NCBI RefSeq assembly: GCF_001194135.2
Contig: NC_068987.1
Location: 89,558,581 to 89,622,580 of the forward strand
Origin: Octopus bimaculoides
Taxonomy: Eukaryota
Length of the DNA: 64,000 bases
Direction: 5' to 3'
Made by a program: the position numbers and the translations under genes. Below are positions 25,001-32,081 of the stretch, one piece after another (position 1 is the stretch's first letter; every line of letters begins with the position of its first letter). The notes below the pieces were generated by a model. It was given only the letters and a program-made list of their open reading frames with translations. It ran no database searches and was not told the origin of the DNA.

Positions 25001-27202
25001 GACACAGACATGGCTGTGTTGTGAGAAGTTTACTTCCCAGCCACATGATTTTGGGTTCTGTCTGATCATGTGGTACCTTGGGCAAGTGTCTTCTACTTTA
25101 ACCCTGAGTTGACCAATGCCTTGTGAATGAATTTAGTAGACAGAAACTGAAAGAAGCCTGTTGTGTGTGTGAGTTTTCTTGCCTTGATATTTTGTGATAG
25201 TCGTAAGCAAATGTCACTGTGCTGCAAGCGGTCTCCTTTGTTCCCAGTCATCTGTAAAAGCATGTCTGGTCATGCAGAAACATTACATTACTTGGAAACA
25301 GGCAAAGGTTAGCAACAAGATGGGCTGTAGAAAAATCTACCTCAACAAATGTCTGTCTGACTCATGCAAGCTTGAGAAAATAGACGTTAGATGAATTGTT
25401 TTAACATATTTAATGCGAAGTGGAAATGTTCTTGGTGCATAAGAAAAAAAAATTATATTTAGTTTCGTTAGATTGTTTAATCGTGAATAATTGTTTACAG
25501 TTTCTGAAATGCAAATGTTAAGACCCTGAATTATTTATGATTTTTAAAAATATTCAGAAATGTTATTTGTTAGTTCCCTGGTAACTACTATTTCCTCCAT
25601 GATGGCTCTCTGATACTAAAAATTAAAAATTACTTGGTAGATGATGATGCTTTGGAAGAGACACTGAATAAGAATTAACCACAAAAGCAACCTAATAGGA
25701 AAGAAATGATTAAAATGAATTGGGTGTTATGGGAAATAAAATTGCCCCAAACCATTGACCCCCCACCCCCATTAAAGATTGCCATCATTTAGTATGTTAA
25801 GAGCAAATCAATAATGTAAAGATCATTTCTTTCCCGAGCTATTGGCCATGGATAGTTATTCTAGATATGAGTAATAAGTTGAGTGAAATGTCTCCACCTG
25901 TAATGTACCTTATGTCGCATATCTGTTCACTCAGAGTTTACCAACACAAGACAGCTCTTGCGCAAATGAAAGCCAGAGATGACTTTGTAATGATGTAAAT
26001 TGATCAGGTTTAATATCTCAAATCTTACACAATATTTATATGAGGATGGAAATTCATGGATACTTCAGACTTATTGAAACTATGCAAAACTGACTGTAAA
26101 ACTTCAAATATCAATGAATGTTGATAAAGAAAAAATAAGTAAGTAGAATTGGTATCAAATTATTAACTCAAAGGTCTGGAGTTCAAACCCACTGCAAGCA
26201 TCTGATTGTGTATTTAGGCAGTACACTTAATCTGTAGTTTACCTAGATGTTGGAAACAGACAACAGATTACCTGAGAATATTACTCAAGATTAATTAATA
26301 TCAATTTTTATCTTTCATCCACTTAACACTACTCAATCAGAATTAAGCACCACCTTGAAAACCATTTGAGGCTTACAAGATAATTCATATTTCATAGTCA
26401 TAGTGCAGTTTTATTTCAAATCTTTACCTTCTTTCCAGCTGCTCTCATCCATCATTTTACAATGTGAAGTAGCCATGTATCTCCCCTGGGCTTCTTTCTC
26501 TATCATACTTTAACCTCTCAACATCTTGACTAAAACTACTGCCCCACCTCTCAAATGCTAACCCCCACCACCACTTAGTTGTGGGAGCTTTTTCCTTTGT
26601 TTTGTTCTTTCTTATCTTACAAGTTACTTTGTGATGTCCCTAATGCCAGTGACATGAAAAAAACAAAGCATCCACTACACACTGTAAAGAGGTTGGCATT
26701 AACAAGGGCATCAAGACATAAAAACCATGCCTATGCAGACATAGAGCTTGACAGGGACCTGAGGCTTGTTGGATCCTGATTAACCATCCAACTTATGCTG
26801 GCATGCAAAACAAACATTAAATGATGACGATGACGATGAACTCTAGACCACTTCAATTTCGATCAGTAGGCAATAAAAGAGTAAATTGTATTAATTTTTA
26901 GAACAAAATGAAAATTCTGAATTATTTATTCCATCTCTATTTTGTTTCAGTGTAATAACCTCATATGTGATCCAACAAACTATGATAAAGAGTACAGGAT
27001 TGAACTGGTAACGTCTGTAGCATTTCAAGATGTCTCTGAGCCAGCTTTGAAGTATTTTACAAGACCTCCCCCACAAGAGGGTGGATTACCATTTGATTTC
27101 TTCTATCCTTTTTATTCAAATGGTTCAGTAAAGAACTATGAGCAAGTTTCAACAATATATTTTACAATATTTGCCATATTTCAAATGTTTCTTTTGCTAT
27201 GA
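1016..27202 (+). CDS. TCTN1: Tectonic family ciliary transition-zone protein, 14 coding exons, 655 aa
   Basis: join(1016..1229,3030..3150,5078..5181,5430..5566,6965..7067,8226..8344,11869..11941,14489..14655,16234..16359,18756..18859,20536..20670,23111..23276,24735..24881,26951..27202) = 1968 nt, no internal stop, all introns GT-AG with matching phases. Motifs: [85 protein letters not shown]. The symbol means tectonic family; TCTN1/2/3 orthology is not resolved. Confidence 0.95.
1775..2148. mobile_element. CpG-rich MITE with ~25-bp TIRs, possibly Kolobok-like
   Basis: TTAA|GAAGAGTGGACCTGACGCGCGCACC ... GGTGCACGCGTCGGGTCCACTCTTC|TTCA, two mismatches between arms. Internal duplicated CTGACGCRCGCACCCGCGCTAGTC. 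Confidence 0.6.
3030..3150 (+). CDS. TCTN1: Tectonic exon 2 (Cys-rich signature)
   Basis: tttgaag|; [40 protein letters not shown]; |gtaagt, phase 1 to 2. Confidence 0.97.
5078..5181 (+). CDS. TCTN1: Tectonic exon 3
   Basis: atttcag|; [34 protein letters not shown]; |gtaagt, phase 2 to 1. Confidence 0.92.
5430..5566 (+). CDS. TCTN1: Tectonic exon 4
   Basis: tttgtag|; [46 protein letters not shown]; |gtaagc, phase 1 to 0. Confidence 0.92.
6965..7067 (+). CDS. TCTN1: Tectonic exon 5
   Basis: ttttcag|; [34 protein letters not shown]; |gtcagt, phase 0 to 1. Confidence 0.95.
7463..7965 (-). mobile_element. 5'-truncated RTE-clade LINE: end of ORF, 3' UTR and (ATG)n tail
   Basis: Reverse complement of the element at 8895-9657. 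It ends in ...GGACGTTAAACGATGATGATG, and its 5' end matches the RTE ORF segment WAEVVRQD. Confidence 0.85.
8226..8344 (+). CDS. TCTN1: Tectonic exon 6
   Basis: tttatag|; [40 protein letters not shown]; |gtaagt, phase 1 to 0. Confidence 0.95.
8895..9657 (+). mobile_element. RTE-clade LINE 3' portion (spans an N gap)
   Basis: [11 protein letters not shown]...[20 protein letters not shown]...[19 protein letters not shown] is a typical RTE C-terminus, followed by the 3' UTR and ATG-repeat tail. Confidence 0.9.
10050..10620 (-). mobile_element. Degenerate RTE LINE C-terminal fragment
   Basis: [40 protein letters not shown] on the - strand, with an ATG-repeat tail at 10027-10050. Confidence 0.8.
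11869..11941 (+). CDS. TCTN1: Tectonic exon 7
   Basis: tttccag|; [24 protein letters not shown]; G|gtatgc, phase 0 to 1. An exon with these phases is required to join exon 6 to exon 8 in frame. Confidence 0.8.
13290..13690 (-). mobile_element. Mariner (DD34D) transposase relic, C-terminal part
   Basis: [13 protein letters not shown]...[24 protein letters not shown] matches the mariner HDNARPH and [13 protein letters not shown] motifs. Confidence 0.9.
13700..14125 (+). mobile_element. RTE LINE 3' UTR with hairpin-repeat array, abutting the mariner relic
   Basis: Three GTGGCAYGTAAAWA-type units, then the common CACTCTCGGAGTGGTT...GGAAGGGCATCCAG body and an ATG tail. Confidence 0.8.
14489..14655 (+). 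CDS. TCTN1: Tectonic exon 8
   Basis: cttttag|; [56 protein letters not shown]; |gtagga, phase 1 to 0. Confidence 0.92.
16234..16359 (+). CDS. TCTN1: Tectonic exon 9
   Basis: poly-T ag|; [42 protein letters not shown]; |gtaata, phase 0 to 0. Confidence 0.94.
17836..18068 (-). mobile_element. Gypsy (Mag-like) solo LTR, 233 bp, in TCTN intron 9
   Basis: Reads TGTTGTGGAG...CAATATAACA on -. Flanked by a 5-bp direct repeat ATGTT (17831-35 and 18069-73). Homologous to the LTR at 34706-34973. Confidence 0.8.
18756..18859 (+). CDS. TCTN1: Tectonic exon 10
   Basis: ttttcag|; [34 protein letters not shown]; |gtaaag, phase 0 to 2. Confidence 0.96.
18964..19030. repeat. (CT)n microsatellite
   Basis: Pure CT dinucleotide run; a similar run lies at ~29722-29830. 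Many (TA)n, (CA)n, (ATC)n and (TAT)n tracts occur elsewhere. Confidence 0.95.
19380..20200 (+). mobile_element. Decayed DNA-transposase-like N-terminal region
   Basis: Broken frames [15 protein letters not shown]...QWTKAN (19404-19570), [36 protein letters not shown] (19799-19906) and [16 protein letters not shown]. Resembles invertebrate transposase-like proteins from memory only. Confidence 0.45.
20536..20670 (+). CDS. TCTN1: Tectonic exon 11
   Basis: ctttcag|; [44 protein letters not shown]; |gtaagt, phase 2 to 2. Confidence 0.96.
21040..21850 (+). mobile_element. RTE LINE 3' portion with 3' UTR and ATG tail
   Basis: [43 protein letters not shown]...AMLHGSET, continuing to the same 3' UTR and (GAT)n as the other copies. 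Confidence 0.9.
22090..22310 (+). mobile_element. Penelope-like element GIY-YIG endonuclease relic
   Basis: [12 protein letters not shown]...[25 protein letters not shown] resembles the PLE motif F..RY.NH..SF...T.LS..IW.LK....IKW.I. Confidence 0.6.
22365..22680 (+). mobile_element. tRNA-derived SINE (family A)
   Basis: Box A TGGCTCGTTGG and box B GAGTTCGATTC, then core TGTGTTCTTGAGCAAGACACTTTATTTCAC. A related copy lies at ~9735-10000. Confidence 0.7.
23111..23276 (+). CDS. TCTN1: Tectonic exon 12
   Basis: ttatcag|; [55 protein letters not shown]; |gttaga, phase 2 to 0. Confidence 0.95.
24735..24881 (+). CDS. TCTN1: Tectonic exon 13
   Basis: tactcag|; [49 protein letters not shown]; |gtataa, phase 0 to 0. 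Confidence 0.95.
26951..27202 (+). CDS. TCTN1: Tectonic exon 14 (last coding exon, hydrophobic tail)
   Basis: gtttcag|; [31 protein letters not shown]...[38 protein letters not shown]; TGA at 27200-27202. Confidence 0.96.
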   Translation, partial: CNNLICDPTNYDKEYRIELVTSVAFQDVSEPALKYFTRPPPQEGGLPFDFFYPFYSNGSVKNYEQVSTIYFTIFAIFQMFLLL

Positions 27203-27465
27203 AAATTGTCCTACAAATCTAGGTTAATCTTCAAGAAAACATTCTTGGACATCTTATTTTTGTCTTTTTAGACATTCCCTCCATAATTCAGCACAATATT
27301 CTATAATTTCATTCTATCTCATGAGGTGCTGGACCCAAACAACCTGCTGTATATAGTGAATTGTTTAAGGGCAGAAATTCTGAATGATTACTGACTGGGT
27401 CCATGTTGACCTGTCCAACACATACCAGCATGGGAAGTGGACATAGAACAACAATGATATATATC

Positions 27466-27471
27466 AATAAA
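27466..27471 (+). terminator. Candidate poly(A) signal of Tectonic
   Basis: First AATAAA I saw downstream of the stop codon (~265 nt). No transcript evidence. Confidence 0.3.
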
Positions 27472-27864
27472 TATGCCGGAGAACCTCCCAAAACTAGACA
27501 CCAATATCTAAATATTATTGGAGCCTAATTAGGTTACCTGTGAAAGAAAAACTGAACAATACCAGAGTAAGCAATCCACAAATGAAAGACAACTTTGAAT
27601 AACAAAACTAAAAGATAAAAAATCCGTAATGGTGCAAAGCAAACGTGTATTCCCATCATCAGCTGCTACACATGATATCCTGTGTGTACAGATAGATCAC
27701 TATGATCTGTTGTCGTTCAGCATCCAGTAGCACTTGGAACATCCACTGCAGAAGATACTGATAGCTTTAATGGTGAAATGTACACAGGGAATAAATGATG
27801 TAAAACTTGTATCTATCATAATTTCTCGCACACACTCACATATGTATATATGTATATGTATATC

Positions 27865-27912
<48 letters not shown>

Positions 27913-28636
27913 CACACACATTGATACCAGTGCTGATGCCATGTATAAAGCACCCAGTACACTCTAGAGTGGTTGGCATTAGGAAGGGCATCCAGCCCTA
28001 GGAACCATGAAAAAACAGACAATGGAGCCTGGTGCAGCCTCTGGCTTTGCCAGCTCCTGTCAAACCGTCCAACCCATGCCAGCATCGAAAACATGTTTAA
28101 TGATGATGATATGTGAATATCACTTACTTGAAAAACAAGTAAGGGTTGGTGACAGGAAGAGTGTCTAACTAAAAAAAAAACCTATGTTAGATAATACTCT
28201 GTCCAAACCCATGCTAGCATGGAAAACAAATGTTAAACAATCAAATAAAGCAAGTGTGTGTATGTGTGTAGATTTATATATGTGTCGGTATGTGTGTATA
28301 ACTAAAGCATTTAGTTGATCATACCACCATTTCTTCCAAGTTATCGGTGCAGCCTTCTGGCTTGCCAGCCCTCAGTCAAACCGTCCAACCCATGCTAGCA
28401 TAGAAAATGGACGTTTCTTACGCAGAGTAATAAATTTGGGAAACCAATTCTCATATATTAGTTTACTTATTTTAACAGTTCTAGAAGAATGAAAAAGTTG
28501 ATCCTAGTAGAATTCAAATTTACTATTTAGAAGGGTAAAATGAAATGCTGTGCCCCCATTTTTGTCAACTGATTGCTTCATTGGATTTCCTGAAATCAAC
28601 ACAAAAATGGGGATTGTTTGCTCATATTGATTTAAC

Positions 28637-29302
28637 TTAACCTATAACTACCATATTTGATTGTGTATTAGATGCAACCACATATTAGGTGTACCCCAAT
28701 TTCCATGGCACATATTCAAGGAAAATGTTTTATGTACATTAAAGCATTTAAACCGGACATATCTGGCCCAAAATGTTCTACCTGTTTTGTGATCAAACTG
28801 AACAAATCCAGCCTTTCACACTTACCCTACAATGTTGTTCTAAAAATAAGCAATTATATCATTGAAATCTTGAAACTACAAGATGATGCATGTTTACATC
28901 AACAGAGTGTGAATAGATAAGCATTTCATTTGATAGAGTAATCTAAATGCTAAGAGGTTAAACCAACCAAATCCAGCCCAAATATTCTACCTGTTTTATA
29001 CTGAAACTGGCCACATCTGGCCTCTCCCACTTACTTTACAATGTCATTCTAAAAAGAAACAAACACACTGTTGAAATCTCAAAGCTACAAGATAATACAT
29101 AATAAATTCAAAACAGTGTGAATAAATAAGCATTACATTATTTACATTACTTACAATTGACAGATATTTGTCCTCATCTTGTTTGTTGTTAACACGTTTC
29201 GGCTGATATACCCTCCAGCCTTCATCAGGTGTCTTGGGGAAATTTCGAACCTGGGTTCTCATTCCTAAAGTATTTTTCGGTGTTGTTGTTGTTGTTGTTG
29301 TA

Positions 29303-29356
<54 letters not shown>

Positions 29357-29614
29357 TATTATTATCCAGGTCACTGAATAATAATAACAACAACAACATT
29401 GAAAAATACTTCAAGAATGAGAACCCAGGTTCGAAATTTCCCCAAGACACCTGATGAAGGCTGGAGGGTATATCAGCTGAAACGTGTTAATAACAAACAA
29501 GATGAGGACACATATCCGTCAATTGTAAATAATGTAAATAATTCTTCATCTCTTAAATATAAAACTGAAATAAGCATTACATTTGATTGAGTAATCTGAA
29601 TGTTAATGGGTTAA
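28637..29614. mobile_element. Two tandem piggyBac-like MITE copies, the second interrupted by an insertion
   Basis: TTAA|CC... at 28637; ...AAGAGG|TTAA at 28961; ...ATGGG|TTAA at 29614. The ~200-bp bodies are mutually similar (TTCTACCTGTTTT...GTGTGAATARATAAGCATT...GAGTAATCT). Confidence 0.5.
29140..29567. mobile_element. Inverted pair of Penelope-type terminal repeats with hammerhead-like cores
   Basis: ~165-bp arms (~29138-29300 and ~29375-29542) in opposite orientation around (TAT)n. Each has ACAC-CTGATGA-AGGCTG..CAGCY-GAAAC-GTGT. The insertion is flanked by the 16-bp direct repeat AAATAAGCATTACATT. Confidence 0.65.
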
Positions 29615-29729
29615 AGTTTTCTAGCTTTTGGGAGGCCCAACTTCGCATATAGGACCCAGGAATATATTTTGAGACTTTTTTTTTTTTAAATGTGTGTTTT
29701 ATATGCCACCAAATATGATATTGATCCCT

Positions 29730-29837
<108 letters not shown>

Positions 29838-29984
29838 AAATGCCGTCCATCAGACACAATGAACAGTTCCCAATGTTTGCTTGAGTTTGAAGCATAAATG
29901 TGGTCTGTACAGGTGTGTTTTTCAGCATGTGTGTGTGCATGTATGCACATGTGTGTGTATATATATTTATGTGTGGGTGTGTTG

Positions 29985-30200
29985 AGGCAGCGAGCTGGCA
30001 AAATCATTAGCATGCCAGGCGGAATGCTTAGCGGTGTTTCATCTGTCACTACGTTCTGAGTTCAAATTCCATTGGGGTTGACTTTGCCTTTTATCCTTTC
30101 GGGGTTAATTAGATAAGTACCAGTTACGCACTGAGGTTGACGTAATTGACTTAAACCCTTCCCCAAAATTTGAGGCCTTGTGCTTCCAGTAGAAAGGATA
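29985..30200 (+). mobile_element. tRNA-derived SINE (family B)
   Basis: AGGCAGCGAGCTGGCA...GAGTTCAAATTCC...GACTTTGCCTTT...AAGTACCAGTT. Other copies at ~32995-33220 (+), ~38030-38160 (-) and ~58095-58310 (-). Confidence 0.7.
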
Positions 30201-30411
30201 TCTGTGTGTGTGTATATGTATCTGTCTGTATATGTATATGTGTGTGTGTGTGTGTGTATATATATAGTTTACAATTTAAAGAAAAAATCCAGGAGAATAT
30301 TACAAGGTAGCTAATTGTTGCTTAAGTGTCCCAGGATTTAAAACATGTAGAAGAATTCAAGATATAAATGGTTTAAAAACATCTTGAGAGTTTGTCTCCT
30401 TATTCAATTTT

Positions 30412-30461
<50 letters not shown>

Positions 30462-31289
30462 AACACACACACAAATATATATTGATTTATACATTTGTTA
30501 TTTTAACTGCAAAGGAAAGTTGTGTTATAGGCTGAGTCTGCGATTATGTATTTTAATTTTCATGAAAATGAATGGAATTAAATAAAAAAGTTATTAAAAA
30601 GTAAAGGAGTCCTGTTACATAATGTTTTTTGTCATCTGTGAGCAATTTTTAAGGATAAACACATGCTGCATGTGTTTTGTCATGTAGAGGCATCTGCTTA
30701 ACATTTAGTGAAGTCATCATTATTTAATGTACACTTTTCCATGCTTGCAAGGATCAGATGGAAATTGTTGAGGCAGATTTTCTACTGCCAGATGTCCGTT
30801 TTTGTCACCAACCTTCACATGTTTCCAAGCAAGGTAATATTTTCCCATGGCTGGACACGTTTTTCATGGAAGATTGGAAACAGACAATTTCACTTGTATG
30901 TCAATGCTACTTATTTTCAACCTTTATGTCTAAATAGGAATACAAACACACATGTGAATGTGACATGCTTCTTCCAGTTTCTGCCTACCAAACTCACTCA
31001 AGATTTTGATCAGCTCGGAACTATAGTAGAAGACACTTACCCAAAGTACTATGCAGTGGGACTGAACCTGAGACCACATGGTTGAAAAGCAAACTTCTCA
31101 ACCACAGAGTATCAGAAATGGCTTCAACTGAAAATCAGAACTAAGTGTAGTATTTCAAAGGTATTTTTATTTATTTATTTATGCATTTCAGCCAAGTGGC
31201 TGCGATCATGCTGGTGCACCACCGTGATAAAAGTATACTTACTTTTCAGCCATAAATTCATTTAAGGTAGAAAGAAAAGACATAGGCCT

Positions 31290-31690
31290 ATACATGATGA
31301 ATGTCTAGTGAGAACCATACAAAAGATGTACAGAGCTGCTGTCAATAAAGCCAGAGCAACTAGTACAGTGATGAATTTAGCATGCAAGTAGGAGTTCACC
31401 AGGGCTCAATTTTCAGTCCCCACCTTTTTATCATAATTCTCCAGAGCAGTTTAAGACAAGTTGCCCTTTGGATCTGCTGTATGCTGATGACCTTGTTTTT
31501 GTAGCTGAATCTGTAGTAGAACTAGAAAAGAAATTCCAAGTGTGCAAGAAAAACCTTGAATCAAAGGATCTTGAAGTTTTAGTAAGCAGGAAAACAAACA
31601 GGATTCTACTTCCATCGGAGAAATGACCCTGCTTGATCTATAGAAAAAGTGTAAGTAGAAATTCCATATAGTTCATTCAATGCAATCTAT
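31290..31690 (+). mobile_element. RTE LINE reverse-transcriptase fragment
   Basis: DEFSMQVGVHQGSIFSPHLFIIILQ...LLYADDLVFVAESVVELEKKFQV (YADD catalytic motif), frameshifted. Confidence 0.85.
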
Positions 31691-31732
31691 GCTTTAAAAA
31701 AAAGCAAATGGAAGTAAATATCCACAAACTGA

Positions 31733-31738
31733 TTTATT
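31733..31738 (-). terminator. Candidate poly(A) signal of the CFAP97D-like gene
   Basis: The - strand reads ...TCA TAA G AATAAA. Confidence 0.4.
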
Positions 31739-31739
31739 C

Positions 31740-32081
31740 TTATGATTCTGCTGGTGGGGGTAAATTTTCTGCAGTTTCTGCTTGTGGTAATGGTTTATTT
31801 TCCTCTGGTTGTGTTGGTTCTGTTTGAGGTGGGGGTACATTTTCTTCTGTTACTGCTGCTTGTGAGGTTGGCTGAGTTTCTGTGACTGTTGGTTCTGCCT
31901 GAGGAGGTGGGGGAATACTTCCTACTTGAGGAGGTGGAGGGATACTTTCTACTAGTTTTGTTGGGTCTGTTGGAAGTGATGGTAACTTTGGTTCTGCTTG
32001 AGGTGTCTGTTTTGGAGATCGTTTTGTGAGCTGTAACTGAACTGGTTTCTTTGGTTTTATCGCAGGCAACATGCGTTTTTG
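31740..32081 (-). CDS. CFAP97D1: CFAP97D-like last coding exon (Pro/Thr/Glu-rich tail)
   Basis: tatctcag|; QKRMLPAIKPKKP...SIPPPPQVGSIPPPPQAEP...ENLPPPAES*; AATAAA follows 1 nt after TAA. Confidence 0.8.
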   Translation of the reverse strand, partial: QKRMLPAIKPKKPVQLQLTKRSPKQTPQAEPKLPSLPTDPTKLVESIPPPPQVGSIPPPPQAEPTVTETQPTSQAAVTEENVPPPQTEPTQPEENKPLPQAETAENLPPPAES

